Under the pieces are notes generated by a model that did not search any database, was not told the DNA's origin, and saw nothing but the letters and a program-made list of their open reading frames with translations. DNA of 64,000 bases from an uncultured Alphaproteobacteria bacterium. GTDB taxonomy: Bacteria > Pseudomonadota > Alphaproteobacteria > HIMB59 > GCA-002718135. The position numbers and the translations under genes were made by a program. Shown here piece after piece: positions 28,311 through 39,465 of this stretch. The DNA lies in contig CACDIK010000002.1 of the NCBI GenBank assembly GCA_902553005.1, forward strand, positions 19,615-83,614, given 5' to 3'. The number at the start of each line of letters is the position of its first letter. Position 1 is the first letter of the stretch.

Positions 28311-29354
28311 ATGAAAAAAGAACTATTATTGGGAACTGCTCTAGTTTCTACGCTTGGCGCTGCTTCAGTTGCTGAAGCTGTAACAGCTACTATGAGCGGT
28401 AATCACCAAACTGGTATTGAGTTTGATTCACCAAATGGTGGAACTGACACAAATTCTCAGACTCAAGACAACAACTTTACTGTGTCATTATCAGAAACTA
28501 CTGATGGCGGTATGACTATTTCTTCAAGCTTTATGCTTATGAATGAAAATGCTGCTGCTGGTGATTTAGATGCTGGTTTCACTTTAGCATTTACTGATGG
28601 ATCTAAGCTTGATGTAATTAATGCTGGTAACGCATCTGGTACACATGACATTTCTATCCCAGGTTCAGCTGGTGCAGAAGGTGTAACAACTGCAACTACT
28701 AACTCAGCAGAAACTGGTTTAGATTTTGCAACTGGTGCATCTAAACAAGGTATTGAGTATCACACAGCTTCTGATTTCTTAGCTGATGGACTAAAAATGT
28801 CTTTCTCAGCTTCAACAGATGGTGGTGAAACTGCTGGTACAACTTACAGAATTGACGGTCACGTTGCGATTGGTGCTACTTATGTAACTGATCTTGGTGA
28901 CAGCGCTGTAACAATTGGTGCTGGTTGGTCTGAAGTAGACGGATCAAAAACTAGTACTTCTGCATCAAATGACACTGGTGGTTTCCATGTTGGTCTAAGT
29001 GCTGTAACTGGTGACTTAACTGTTGCTGTTGGTTTTGCTGATGGTAACAAAGTTGGTACTGGTATCAAAGGCGCAAAAGAAATGAGTGCTGATGTTGTAA
29101 AAGCTGGTATTAAATATGTATCTGGTGATCTAACATTTAATGTTGGTATTGCTTCAGGTGATTCAAAAGATAATACTATTGGTTCTATCTCTGGATCTGA
29201 TGATTCAAAAGATGTAACTTCAGCTAGTGTTTCTTATGCTGTAGCTGCTGGTGTAACTGCACTTCTTGGTTATACCTCTGTAGAAGCAAGTGATGAAGGT
29301 GCTTCATCAACTGATGGATCAGCTTGGTACATCGGTGCTAATATGGCATTTTAA
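28311..29354 (+). CDS. Major outer-membrane porin
   Basis: Signal peptide (LLLGTAL...AEA), Gly/Ala/Thr-rich beta strands, terminal Phe, strong SD, codon bias typical of high expression, located between yggS and leuS. Confidence 0.88.
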   Translation: MKKELLLGTALVSTLGAASVAEAVTATMSGNHQTGIEFDSPNGGTDTNSQTQDNNFTVSLSETTDGGMTISSSFMLMNENAAAGDLDAGFTLAFTDGSKLDVINAGNASGTHDISIPGSAGAEGVTTATTNSAETGLDFATGASKQGIEYHTASDFLADGLKMSFSASTDGGETAGTTYRIDGHVAIGATYVTDLGDSAVTIGAGWSEVDGSKTSTSASNDTGGFHVGLSAVTGDLTVAVGFADGNKVGTGIKGAKEMSADVVKAGIKYVSGDLTFNVGIASGDSKDNTIGSISGSDDSKDVTSASVSYAVAAGVTALLGYTSVEASDEGASSTDGSAWYIGANMAF

Positions 29355-29374
29355 TTAAAGATTTTATATCTTAT

Positions 29375-29406
29375 AAAACGGCACTTTAACGAGTGCCGTT
29401 TTTTTT
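29375..29406 (+). terminator. Rho-independent terminator of the porin gene
   Basis: AAAACGGCACT-TTAACG-AGTGCCGTTTT followed by a T-run. Confidence 0.9.
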
Positions 29407-29445
29407 ATATTTTACATTTAGTCGACTATACAATAATTATATTAA

Positions 29446-30054
29446 ATGATTTTAACCCGATTAATTATCTCTTTTTTGTTACTTTTTATCTTTTCTTGTA
29501 ACAGTAATAAGAGCGATGAGGAAATGGATGAGTTGTGGTCAAAAGCGCAAACAACTGGTGAGATAGTAAATAGATCTGGGACAAAATTTAATACAGCTAC
29601 AAATAAAGAGTTAGCAATAAGAGACGCTGAAACCAGACTTCAATCAGGTGGTGGTTTGTTTGGGAAGGGCGGTATGTCCTTGGGTGGTATTATGGGAGGA
29701 AATAATCAAGAACAAAACATGTCAGAGGGGATGATTGCAATGTCAGTAAATCCGTTTCTTTGGAGAGCTGCATTAGAAACTATTGATTTTATGCCTCTTA
29801 GCTCAGCTGATCAAATTGGAGGCACAATTATTACCGACTGGTATTCTACAACAAGCAATGAGAAAGAGCGTTGCAAACTTAATATTTTTATTACAGGTTT
29901 AAATCTTAAAACAGAGAATCTTAGGGTGGTATCTTTTTGTCAAGAATTTAAAAACCCTACTTGGATAAACAAAGAAACAGAGAAGGAAAATAATATTAAG
30001 ATAGAAAACGCAATATTGAATAAAGCAAAAAAATTAAAACTACAATCAAGTTAA
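29446..30054 (+). CDS. DUF3576 family lipoprotein
   Basis: Lipobox IFSC; VNPFLWRAALETIDFMPLSSAD, GGTIITDWY; upstream of leuS. Confidence 0.85.
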   Translation: MILTRLIISFLLLFIFSCNSNKSDEEMDELWSKAQTTGEIVNRSGTKFNTATNKELAIRDAETRLQSGGGLFGKGGMSLGGIMGGNNQEQNMSEGMIAMSVNPFLWRAALETIDFMPLSSADQIGGTIITDWYSTTSNEKERCKLNIFITGLNLKTENLRVVSFCQEFKNPTWINKETEKENNIKIENAILNKAKKLKLQSS

Positions 30055-30057
30055 AAA

Positions 30058-32571
30058 GTGTCATCGCGATACAATCATAAAGTAGTTGAAAAAAAGTGGC
30101 AGGATATTTGGTCAAAAAATAAAATTTTTCAGACTTCGCGAGATGAAAAGAGAGAGAAATTTTATGTTTTAGAAATGTTCCCATACCCTTCAGGTAAAAT
30201 ACATATGGGCCATGTAAGAAACTACACACTAGGAGATGTGATTGCGAGATACAAAAAAATGAAGGGTTATAATGTATTACACCCAATGGGTTGGGATGCA
30301 TTTGGTCTTCCTGCAGAAAATGCAGCTTTAACTGAAAAAAAACATCCTGAAAGCTGGACATATCAAAATATCAAAACAATGAAAGAGCAGCTTTTAAAAA
30401 TGGGGTTATCTCTTGATTGGCAAAGAGAAATTGCAACATGTCATCCAGAATATTACAAACATGAACAGAAATTTTTTATTGATATGTTTAAAGCCGGTCT
30501 TGCTTATAAAAAAGAGGCTGAGGTCAATTGGGATCCTGTAGACAAAACTGTGTTAGCCAATGAACAAGTTATTGATGGTAGAGGTTGGAGATCAGGGGCT
30601 GTTGTTGAAAAGAAAAAATTATCACAATGGTTTTTAAAAATAAGTAAATATTCTGATGAGCTCTTGCAAAATCTTGATAATTTAGAAAACTGGCCAAACA
30701 AAGTAAAAATAATGCAATCTAATTGGATTGGTAAATCAATAGGGGCAGAAATAGACTTTCATGTTTCAGAAAGTGAAACAAAAATTAAAATATTTACAAC
30801 GAGACCAGACACTATTTATGGAGCAACTTTTTTAGCTGTTTCAAGTGAACATGAGTTAGTAACTAAAATTTCAAAAAATAATAGTGGTTTAGAAAAATTT
30901 ATTAAGGATTGTGAAAATATAAACCCTGATAAAGTTAAAAAAGGTTTTGATACTAGTTTATTTGCAGACCATCCATTTATAGAAGGTAAAAAACTTCCAA
31001 TTTTTGTCGCTAATTTTGTGCTTAAAGAATATGGGTTGGGTGCAATTTTTGGTTGCCCTGCACATGATCAACGAGATCTTGATTTTGCAAGAGAATATAA
31101 TCTTGATGTAATACCGGTTGTTAAACCAGCTAATATTGTTGAAAATAATTTCAAAATCACAACTGAGGCTTTTACTGATGAAGGTACAATGATTAATTCA
31201 CCTTCAATAAATGGATTAAGCATAAATGATGCTAAAGATAAGATTATTGAACATATTGAGAAGAAAAAAATTGGAAGAAGAAAAATAAACTTTAAGTTGA
31301 GAGATTGGGGGATTTCACGTCAAAGATTTTGGGGTTGTCCAATTCCGATAATTTATAGAGAGGATGGAGAGATTTTGGCTGTTGAAGACTCTGAGTTGCC
31401 TGTAAAACTTCCAGAAATAAAAAAATTTACTGAATCGTCCAGTGCGCTAAACAATATCTCTGAATGGAAAGAAACTGTTTGTCCTAAAACAGGTTTAAAG
31501 GCTAAAAGAGAGACAGATACGTTTGATACTTTTTTTGAATCTTCTTGGTATTATTTTCGCTATTGTAATGCAAGATTGGAAAAGCCTTTTGACAAAAAAG
31601 ATATAGATTATTGGTTGCCTGTTGATCAGTATATCGGTGGTATTGAACACGCTATATTGCATCTTCTTTATTCAAGATTTTTTACAAAAGCATTAAGGGA
31701 CCTGAATTATTTTAATTTAGATGAACCGTTTAAGGGTTTGTTTACACAAGGAATGGTAACCCACATTACTTACAAGAATAAAAATGGGGTTTGGTTAGAG
31801 CCAAAGGACGTTGAAATAGTAAATGGTGCTTTTAGAGATAAAAATGGTCAAGAAGTTACAACTGGGAAAATTGAAAAAATGAGTAAATCTAAAAAAAATG
31901 TTGTTGATCCAAACGACATTATTAGTTCTTATGGGGCAGATACAGCTAGGTGGTTTATGTTATCTGATAGTCCACCAGAAAGAGATTTGCAATGGACTGA
32001 TACTGGTATAGCAGCATCTTTTAAATTTATTAATAAATTATATGAATTGGTTGAGAGGTATAAAAAACACCAATCAAATAATGATCAAAATTCTAAAGAT
32101 ATAAATGAATTAAAAATTATCATTAATGAGGTTGCAGAAAATATAGAAACGTTTCAATTCAATAAATCAGTTGCAAAAATTTACGAATTTGTAAACATTC
32201 TTAATGATGCATTATTAAGAAAAAAATTGTCACAAAAAAACTTTAAATGGTCTTTGGAAAAATTATCAATTATATTACAGCCGTTTGTGCCCCATATAAG
32301 TGAAGAGATATGGTCAAGCCTTGGAAACCAAACCTTATGTATTAATCAAGCCTGGCCCTTAGAAGATGTAATGAGAAAATCAGAAATAAAGATTGCCGTA
32401 CAAATAAATGGTAAAACCAAAGAAATAATTGAAATTGATGACAAGTTTTCTAAAGAAAAAGTTTTAGAAACTGTAAAGCTTAATGATAAGATTAAAAAAA
32501 ATTTATTAGGTAAAAATATTGTGCGGGAGATCTATGTTCCTGGTAAGATTGTAAACTTGGTTATCAAATGA
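30058..32571 (+). CDS. leuS: Leucine--tRNA ligase
   Basis: MFPYPSG, HMGH, editing motif TTRPDT, KMSKS. Confidence 0.98.
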   Translation: MSSRYNHKVVEKKWQDIWSKNKIFQTSRDEKREKFYVLEMFPYPSGKIHMGHVRNYTLGDVIARYKKMKGYNVLHPMGWDAFGLPAENAALTEKKHPESWTYQNIKTMKEQLLKMGLSLDWQREIATCHPEYYKHEQKFFIDMFKAGLAYKKEAEVNWDPVDKTVLANEQVIDGRGWRSGAVVEKKKLSQWFLKISKYSDELLQNLDNLENWPNKVKIMQSNWIGKSIGAEIDFHVSESETKIKIFTTRPDTIYGATFLAVSSEHELVTKISKNNSGLEKFIKDCENINPDKVKKGFDTSLFADHPFIEGKKLPIFVANFVLKEYGLGAIFGCPAHDQRDLDFAREYNLDVIPVVKPANIVENNFKITTEAFTDEGTMINSPSINGLSINDAKDKIIEHIEKKKIGRRKINFKLRDWGISRQRFWGCPIPIIYREDGEILAVEDSELPVKLPEIKKFTESSSALNNISEWKETVCPKTGLKAKRETDTFDTFFESSWYYFRYCNARLEKPFDKKDIDYWLPVDQYIGGIEHAILHLLYSRFFTKALRDLNYFNLDEPFKGLFTQGMVTHITYKNKNGVWLEPKDVEIVNGAFRDKNGQEVTTGKIEKMSKSKKNVVDPNDIISSYGADTARWFMLSDSPPERDLQWTDTGIAASFKFINKLYELVERYKKHQSNNDQNSKDINELKIIINEVAENIETFQFNKSVAKIYEFVNILNDALLRKKLSQKNFKWSLEKLSIILQPFVPHISEEIWSSLGNQTLCINQAWPLEDVMRKSEIKIAVQINGKTKEIIEIDDKFSKEKVLETVKLNDKIKKNLLGKNIVREIYVPGKIVNLVIK

Positions 32572-33056
32572 AAAAGTTTTTTTTTATTACTTTTTTTATA
32601 TTTATTATATCATGTGGTGAAGTTGAATTTGTTTACAAAGAAGATAAAAATCTCATAAATCCATTGTATGGAAAAACTGAAGTTAATACCTCAGGTTATA
32701 ATATAAATTTTATAAATTCATACTTACCAATGTTTTTTGGAAAGAATAAAGATGATCATTTCAATCTATCGATTAAAATTGAGCAAAATAAAACAAAAAG
32801 TTCTGTTGAAACTAATCAGGCTGCGTCTAAAATAAGATATGAACTTAAATTTATTTATATCTTAGTATTAAATGAAAAAAATTGTGTTACTTTTAATAAA
32901 GAATCAATATCTTATTTTTCAATAATTCCTAAGTCTGCGGGTTATAATTATGGTACCGACTCATCTTTAGATAAAAAATATCAGTTGGCTATAACAGAAA
33001 ACTTAAATCGATTTGTTTCTTTAATAACTGATAAAGACTTAAATAATTGTTTATGA
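32568..33056 (+). CDS. lptE: LptE-like LPS-assembly lipoprotein
   Basis: Lipobox IISCG, PLY motif, position between leuS and holA. Confidence 0.6.
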   Translation: MKKFFFITFFIFIISCGEVEFVYKEDKNLINPLYGKTEVNTSGYNINFINSYLPMFFGKNKDDHFNLSIKIEQNKTKSSVETNQAASKIRYELKFIYILVLNEKNCVTFNKESISYFSIIPKSAGYNYGTDSSLDKKYQLAITENLNRFVSLITDKDLNNCL

Positions 33057-33991
33057 AAATCAATTCAATAAACATACTTATAAACCAAAAATCTGTTCTT
33101 AATAAAAAATTTTATTTTATAAGTGGGAATGAAAAAACTCTTATGGAAAAAATAAAAACAATAATTGTTGAAAGTTTTAAAGAAAAAGAAAATGTTCAAA
33201 TTAAAAATATAGATAATATTAATGATTTTGTTGATGAAATTGGGCTTTTTGGAGATAAAAGTATTTACATTGTAAATGGAAATAAGGGAATAGATGAAGA
33301 GACTTTGGATAATCTGAGGTCATCGGAAAATCATTTTATTTTTTTTCAGGAAAATTCACAGAAAATTAAAAAAATAAAAAATTTATTTAGTGTTGATAAA
33401 GACTCTTACCTAATTGACTGCTATGAATTAGACAAAGATTCAAAAATAAAAATTTTAAATGAATTTTTACGAGTAAACAAATTAGAAATCTCTCAAGATA
33501 TTTATTGGTTCTTAATTGATAAATTAGACAGCAAATATATCTTCTTTGAAAAAAATTTAAATAAAGTACTGGAATTAGACCAGAAAGACATAATATTAGA
33601 TAAAATTAAAAAAATATTGACTGTTGATGAATCTGGTAAAGAAAGAATTTTCTTCAATTTATTTGAAAAAAATAAGAAGATTATAGGACTTTATAGAGAT
33701 AAAATTATAAATAACTCAGATGTAAACGAGCTTTATTATTATTGTAAAATTTTCTGCCAACTTATCATAGATTGTAATAGTGAAGATGAATATATAAAAA
33801 AAATTCCAATATATTTATTTAAAGAAAAAAACTATTTAATTGATATTTATAGAAAATATAATTCTAAAAAGAAAAAAATGCTTTTAAAATTACTTTCATC
33901 AACCGAAAGTGTTTTGCGAAAAGAAAGTGGTTTATCTTTGACTCTTGGTCTTCGTTTTCTTTTGAATATTAAAAAAATTACTATTTCTTAA
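33053..33991 (+). CDS. holA: DNA polymerase III delta subunit (divergent)
   Basis: YFISGNE, GLFGD, IDCYE; leuS-lptE-holA synteny; ATGA overlap at 33053. Confidence 0.7.
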   Translation: MKINSINILINQKSVLNKKFYFISGNEKTLMEKIKTIIVESFKEKENVQIKNIDNINDFVDEIGLFGDKSIYIVNGNKGIDEETLDNLRSSENHFIFFQENSQKIKKIKNLFSVDKDSYLIDCYELDKDSKIKILNEFLRVNKLEISQDIYWFLIDKLDSKYIFFEKNLNKVLELDQKDIILDKIKKILTVDESGKERIFFNLFEKNKKIIGLYRDKIINNSDVNELYYYCKIFCQLIIDCNSEDEYIKKIPIYLFKEKNYLIDIYRKYNSKKKKMLLKLLSSTESVLRKESGLSLTLGLRFLLNIKKITIS

Positions 33992-34820
33992 GTCTTTTCA
34001 TTAAATCATCTAATTGATTTAAATCAGAGTAATAAAGAGTTAGTGAGCCAGATGAGCCATTCTCATTAAATTGAATAGATGTTTTTAGACCTATTTTGTC
34101 TGAAAGCTCCTTTTCAAGATCGGTTATATTTGGGTCTTTTGAAATTTTTTTAGTTTTATTTTTTTTAAATTGAGATGTTATTTTTTCTATCTGTCTTACG
34201 CTAAGTTTTTTCTCAATTATTTCTTTTGCCTTATTAATAGCATCGGGTACACCAATAAGAGCTCTCGCGTGGCCCATTGATAAATCACCATTTATTACCA
34301 TTTGTTGTATTTTTATATCAAGCTCTAAAAGTCGTAAAATATTTGAAACGTGGCTTGCACTTTTACCAATTAGTTTAGCGAGGTTTTCATTATTGATATC
34401 TTTAATATCAATTAATCCTTTGTAGGCATTAGCCTCTTCAATAACATTTAAATCTTCTCTTTGAATGTTTTCAATTAAGGCTGCTTCTAGAACATTAATG
34501 TCATCAAGATTTTTAATGACACATTCTACTTCATGCATTCCATTTAATTGACAAGCCCTCCATCTTCTTTCTCCCGCAATAATCTGGTATTGATCATCTT
34601 TTATTGGCTTTATGATTATAGGTTGAATTAATCCTTGGTTTTTAATTGAAGAGGAAAGCTCTTTAAGATCTTCATCTTTAAAGTTTTTTCTTGGTTGAGA
34701 AGGATTAGGGATTATTTGAGATATATTAATTTTTTGAATCCCGTTGCCGCTGTTAGAATTATTATTTGTAGTTGATAAAAGAGCTCCTAGGCCCATTCCT
34801 AGTTTGTTTTCTTTATTCAT
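33981..34820 (-). CDS. parB: Chromosome partitioning protein ParB
   Basis: LGMGLGALL, QPRKNF, IIAGERRWRA, ENIQREDLN, GHARAL. Confidence 0.97.
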   Translation of the reverse strand: MNKENKLGMGLGALLSTTNNNSNSGNGIQKINISQIIPNPSQPRKNFKDEDLKELSSSIKNQGLIQPIIIKPIKDDQYQIIAGERRWRACQLNGMHEVECVIKNLDDINVLEAALIENIQREDLNVIEEANAYKGLIDIKDINNENLAKLIGKSASHVSNILRLLELDIKIQQMVINGDLSMGHARALIGVPDAINKAKEIIEKKLSVRQIEKITSQFKKNKTKKISKDPNITDLEKELSDKIGLKTSIQFNENGSSGSLTLYYSDLNQLDDLMKRLKK

Positions 34821-35586
34821 GGTTTTTATTTTGATTTAAAATTACTTCTTTTGCAAGCTCTATATAAGCCAAAGAACCTGCGGCTTGTGTATCATATATT
34901 AATGCTGGTTTTCCATGGCTGGGAGCCTCAGATATTTTTACATTTCTTGGAATTGTTGTTTTATAGACTTGATCACCAAAATGATGTCTTACATCTTTCT
35001 CAACTAAAGAACTTAATGAATTTCTTTTATCCAACATTGTTAATAGTATTCCTTCGATTTGAAGATCATTATTATAGTTTTTTTGTATTAATTTGATTGT
35101 TTGCATCAAAGCTGAAAGACCCTCTAGAGCAAAAAACTCTGATTGAAGAGGAATTAGTGTAGTGTCTGATGCTACTAATGAGTTAATAGTTAGCAAACCA
35201 AGTGCTGGTGGGCAGTCTACAAAAATAAAGTCAAAATTATCAATTTCAGCAAATATTGATTTAAATACATACTCTCTGTTTTCAAAATTTGTCAACTCTA
35301 CCTCCGCTGCAGCCAAATCTGTGTTAGCTCCAATTATTTTGAGACCAGGAATTAATGTTTCTTTTATTCCTTCTGTAAGAAGTTTCTTTTCATGAATCAT
35401 TTCATAGATCGATGGTTTTCTTTCATCATAAGAAAGTCCTAATCCTGTACTAGCATTACCTTGTGGGTCAGCATCGATGATTAAAACATTTTTTTTCACT
35501 GCAGCTAATGAAGTAGCTAGGTTTATTGTGGTTGTGGTTTTGCCAACACCGCCTTTTTGGTTGGATATAGAAATAATTTTTTTCAC
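34813..35586 (-). CDS. parA: ParA/Soj ATPase
   Basis: NQKGGVGKTTT, DADPQGNAS, DCPP, EAPSHG. Confidence 0.97.
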   Translation of the reverse strand: MKKIISISNQKGGVGKTTTTINLATSLAAVKKNVLIIDADPQGNASTGLGLSYDERKPSIYEMIHEKKLLTEGIKETLIPGLKIIGANTDLAAAEVELTNFENREYVFKSIFAEIDNFDFIFVDCPPALGLLTINSLVASDTTLIPLQSEFFALEGLSALMQTIKLIQKNYNNDLQIEGILLTMLDKRNSLSSLVEKDVRHHFGDQVYKTTIPRNVKISEAPSHGKPALIYDTQAAGSLAYIELAKEVILNQNKNHE

Positions 35587-36188
35587 AGTTTTTTATATTT
35601 TTTTATTTTTAATACATAACCATCACCCTCACTTTGACTTGGAAAAAGATCGTATTCAAAGCTAAAGGATTTTTTTGCATCTTGTATTTCTTTCTTAACA
35701 TTTCTTCCTTTTAGAAAAAGAAGTGATGTATTTTTTTTACTAAAAAACCGTGAATAATCTAATAGTTTTAATAGTGGAGCGAAGGCTCTGCAGATAATAA
35801 AGTCAAATTTTTGATTTTTGATTTTCTCTACCCTTGTGCAAATAGTTTTAACTCCTAAATTCTGTTCGTGTGCAAATTCTTTAATAAAGTTTATTTTTTT
35901 TATTTTAGAGTCTATTAATAATATGTTTGTATACCCAAAAATATATAAGATCACGCCTGGTAAACCTGCACCAGTGCCAAAGTCTATTATTGAAGCATTT
36001 TTTTTCAAAATAAACTCAGATAATTGCAATGAATCATTAATGTGTCTATCCCATGCAATATTAATTGTGGAAGGCCCTACTAAATTATGTATTTGGTTAC
36101 TTTTTTCTAACTTCAGTATGTAGTTATCTATTAAATCAATTTGCTTTCTACTAAGATTATATTTTTTTATTACAGAGCTTTTATCCAA
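35583..36188 (-). CDS. rsmG: 16S rRNA m7G527 methyltransferase
   Basis: RHINDS, DFGTGAGLPG, CRAFA, FLKG. Confidence 0.95.
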   Translation of the reverse strand: MDKSSVIKKYNLSRKQIDLIDNYILKLEKSNQIHNLVGPSTINIAWDRHINDSLQLSEFILKKNASIIDFGTGAGLPGVILYIFGYTNILLIDSKIKKINFIKEFAHEQNLGVKTICTRVEKIKNQKFDFIICRAFAPLLKLLDYSRFFSKKNTSLLFLKGRNVKKEIQDAKKSFSFEYDLFPSQSEGDGYVLKIKKYKKL

Positions 36189-36189
36189 A

Positions 36190-38055
36190 TTATGCTGCTT
36201 TTTTATTTTTATTTTTTTTAATGTATCTGAGCAAGGCTATAGTGGCTGCTGGTGTTACGCCTGATATCCTTGAAGCAGCACCAAGTGTTGGTGGCTTAAT
36301 TTTTGATAATTTTTCAACTATCTCATTAGATAAACTTCCGACTAATTTATAATTAGTTGATTTAGGGATTTTTAAATTTTCTTCCTTTTCAAAATCTTGT
36401 ATATCCATTCTTTGTCTATCAAGATAACCGGCATATTTAGCCTCTATTTCTATTTGCTCCATTACATCATCCTCTAGGTCATTTAACTCCGGAAGTATTT
36501 TTTTAAGCTTATGGGTTGTAATATTAGAAAAGGACAAGAGGTCTATAATATTTCTTTTTTTTCCATCTTTGTTTATTTTTATGCCTTTTTTAAGGAGTGC
36601 GTCTGGTGAAAATTTTTGATTTTTAACAAACTTAAAACCCGCATTTATTCTTATAGATTTTTTTTCGAATTTTCTTTGCCTATCTATATCAACACAACCG
36701 ATATCAATTCCTAGAGGCGTAAGTCTCAAATCTGCATTATCAGCCCGAAGTAAAAGTCTGTATTCAGACCTTGAAGTAAACATTCTATATGGCTCTTTAG
36801 TTCCTTTTGTAACCAAATCATCTATTAAAACACCTATATATCCAGAAGATCTGGGTATTATAAATTCTTTATTAGATGTTGTTTTAAGCGATGCATTTAT
36901 TCCAGCCATTATACCTTGTGCAGCTGCTTCTTCGTATCCAGTTGTTCCATTTATCTGTCCTGCAAAAAATAAATTTTTAATTTTTTTAGTTTCAAGAGTG
37001 TGTGTTAGTTCTTGTGGATCAACAAAATCATATTCAATAGCATAAGCGGGTTGTGTAATTGTAACATTTTCTAAACCTTTAATCGTTTTAACAAATTGCT
37101 CTTGAATTTCAGTTGGAAGTGAAGAGGATATTCCGTTTGGATATATTAGATCACTATCTAATCCTTCTGGCTCAAGAAATATCTGATGTGATGACTTATT
37201 TTTAAATTTATGAATTTTGTCTTCAATAGATGGGCAATACCTAGCCCCCATTGATTGTATCTCACCTGAGTACATAGGTGATAGGTTAAGGTTTTGAGCA
37301 ATTATTTCGTGAGTGTTTTTATTAGTATGGGTAATAAAACAAGATATTTGAGGAATGTGGATATCTCTGTTGATAAAAGAAAATGGAATAAGCTTTTTAT
37401 CTGGGTGTTGTTTGTTTAAGTCATTGAAATTTATGGTTTTTTTAAGTAATCTTGGGGGTGTTCCTGTCTTTAACCTGCCTATTGAAAACTTTAACTCTTT
37501 AAGCCTTTTTGCAAGCTTTATTGAGGGTTTATCTCCAACCCTTCCTGCTTCTTGCTTCTCAGATCCTATTCTTATTAATCCTTGTAAGAAAGTACCTGTG
37601 GTTAAAACTACAGATTTGGAGAATATTTTTTTGTTGTCATCTAAAACAACACCCATCACGCTATTGTTTGAAACAATTAAGTCTTCAACTGATCCTTCGA
37701 TAATTTGAAGGTTTTTTTGGTCAGATACGAGTTCATTTATAGCATTTTTATATAAAATTCGGTCTGTTTGGGCCCTTGGACCCCTTACAGCAGCGCCTCT
37801 ACTGGAGTTTAACATCCTAAATTGTATACATGATCTATCTGTGGCTTTAGCCATTATTCCATCTAAAGCATCTATTTCCTTTACAAGATGACCTTTTCCA
37901 AGGCCTCCAATTGCAGGATTGCAAGACATTTCTCCTATTTTTTCAATTTTATGAGTTATTAGGGCTGTTTTTGATCCGGTTCTTGCAGATGAGCATGCTG
38001 CTTCTACGCCCGCATGCCCTCCACCAATCACAATTACATCAAATTTATTGTCCAT
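36190..38055 (-). CDS. mnmG: tRNA uridine 5-carboxymethylaminomethyl modification enzyme MnmG
   Basis: [44 protein letters not shown]; ATG 38055 preferred over GTG 38067. Confidence 0.97.
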   Translation of the reverse strand: MDNKFDVIVIGGGHAGVEAACSSARTGSKTALITHKIEKIGEMSCNPAIGGLGKGHLVKEIDALDGIMAKATDRSCIQFRMLNSSRGAAVRGPRAQTDRILYKNAINELVSDQKNLQIIEGSVEDLIVSNNSVMGVVLDDNKKIFSKSVVLTTGTFLQGLIRIGSEKQEAGRVGDKPSIKLAKRLKELKFSIGRLKTGTPPRLLKKTINFNDLNKQHPDKKLIPFSFINRDIHIPQISCFITHTNKNTHEIIAQNLNLSPMYSGEIQSMGARYCPSIEDKIHKFKNKSSHQIFLEPEGLDSDLIYPNGISSSLPTEIQEQFVKTIKGLENVTITQPAYAIEYDFVDPQELTHTLETKKIKNLFFAGQINGTTGYEEAAAQGIMAGINASLKTTSNKEFIIPRSSGYIGVLIDDLVTKGTKEPYRMFTSRSEYRLLLRADNADLRLTPLGIDIGCVDIDRQRKFEKKSIRINAGFKFVKNQKFSPDALLKKGIKINKDGKKRNIIDLLSFSNITTHKLKKILPELNDLEDDVMEQIEIEAKYAGYLDRQRMDIQDFEKEENLKIPKSTNYKLVGSLSNEIVEKLSKIKPPTLGAASRISGVTPAATIALLRYIKKNKNKKAA

Positions 38056-38059
38056 GTTT

Positions 38060-38075
38060 ATTTTCACGTGAAATT
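38060..38075. promoter_or_regulatory. parS site
   Basis: Core palindrome TTTCACGTGAAA (38062..38073) in the mnmE-mnmG junction; consensus is TGTTTCACGTGAAACA. Confidence 0.75.
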
Positions 38076-39360
38076 ACTTACCAATACAAAAATCACTAAA
38101 TATTATATCTAAAATTTTCTCAATATCAAACTTTTGATTAATTCCATCAATATACATAATTGATCTTCTAACATTTTCAGCAGCAATATCTATTTCTTTT
38201 AAATCTAAACTTTTAAGCAATACAAGGGATTTCTTTAGGCTTTCCATATGTCTTTCACGTGAAAAGACCGGTCCAGAAATTGGTTTTTTCTTTAATTTAG
38301 AAGATATGGTTTTAATAAGAGGCTCAATCCCGTAACCAGATACTGATGAAATGCTATGCACCCCGCTAATTTTCTTTTTATTAGTATCATATTTTGATTT
38401 AACAAATATTTTTGATTTGATTTTACTGTAGTTTTTCTTTTCATTGTTTTTGAGAAAAACTATATTTAAATCAGATTTTTCAGCACTTTCTAAGGATCTT
38501 TCAATGCCTATTTTTTCAATTAAATTCTTATGTTTTCTTATTCCAGCTGTATCAATAAATATGTATTTATCCCCTTGTATATCAAGCGTGGAGCTTACTA
38601 AATCTGTTGTAGTTCCTGGTATACTAGTAACTATAGAAACTTCCTTGTTGTTAATATAATTAATAAAGGAAGACTTTCCTGTGTTTGGCTTTCCAATAAT
38701 AGTTACTGTAAAACCGTTATGAATTTGTCTAGATAAAGCTGATCTTTCGATAATATTTTCAATTTGTTTATATATGTTCTTATTTTGTTCTCTTATGCTT
38801 TTATATATTTCTTTAGGAAGGTCTTCGTCAGCAAAATCAATTATGGCTTCTATATCTGCTAGAAGTTTTTTTTGTTTATTTGATATTTCATTAACTAATT
38901 TATCTAAATTTCCACTTAAATTACCAATGGCTATCCTTCTTTGATTTTCAGTTTCTGCATTAACTAAATCATTAATTGTTTCAGCTTCTAAAACACTAAG
39001 CTTATCATTGATTAGAGCTCTTTTGGTAAACTCTCCAGGCTCAGCAAGCCTGATCTGTTTTTTTAATAGGATTTTAGTTATTTTGTTAATTACAGAAATA
39101 CTTCCATGACAAGATATTTCCACCATATCCTCCCCCGTATAGCTTTTTGGTGATTTAAAAAAAGTTGTTAGCGTCTGATCTACAACACTCTTTCCGTCCA
39201 ATAAGTCGTTTAATGTAGCAAAGTTTGTTTTAAATTTTTTTTTAGAAGATATTGATTTAATAATTGTATGAGATCCTTTTCCCGAAACCCTAAAAACAGC
39301 TATACCTGATTTACCTCTTTGAGTAGCAAGGGCAAAAATCGTATCCTTTGAAACTTTCAT
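38074..39360 (-). CDS. mnmE: tRNA modification GTPase MnmE
   Basis: SYTGED, EPGEFTKRA, GKPNTGKSS, DTAG, FSDFCIGK. Confidence 0.97.
   Translation of the reverse strand: MKVSKDTIFALATQRGKSGIAVFRVSGKGSHTIIKSISSKKKFKTNFATLNDLLDGKSVVDQTLTTFFKSPKSYTGEDMVEISCHGSISVINKITKILLKKQIRLAEPGEFTKRALINDKLSVLEAETINDLVNAETENQRRIAIGNLSGNLDKLVNEISNKQKKLLADIEAIIDFADEDLPKEIYKSIREQNKNIYKQIENIIERSALSRQIHNGFTVTIIGKPNTGKSSFINYINNKEVSIVTSIPGTTTDLVSSTLDIQGDKYIFIDTAGIRKHKNLIEKIGIERSLESAEKSDLNIVFLKNNEKKNYSKIKSKIFVKSKYDTNKKKISGVHSISSVSGYGIEPLIKTISSKLKKKPISGPVFSRERHMESLKKSLVLLKSLDLKEIDIAAENVRRSIMYIDGINQKFDIEKILDIIFSDFCIGK
38251..38266. promoter_or_regulatory. parS site inside mnmE
   Basis: Second TTTCACGTGAAA core at 38253..38264. 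Confidence 0.7.
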
Positions 39361-39465
39361 TTTTTGGGAATTAAACCCAAGATGATGTTATGTAAATAAG
39401 AAAAATATTAGCCATTAAGTTGCTCAATTGTTGTTTTAAATAATAAATGGTTTATTTTAATTTAT

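Noticed and set aside
28311-29354. Higher-GC porin gene as a horizontal acquisition
   Set aside because: Composition is explained by Gly/Ala/Thr content and high-expression codon bias, and the position next to yggS and leuS is conserved.
29996-30361. Short ORF-track entries antisense to or nested in core genes (e.g. 29996..30361, 37355..37708, 49564..49923, 61342..61725, 63224..63451)
   Set aside because: They overlap well-supported genes and have no motifs; they are shadow ORFs.
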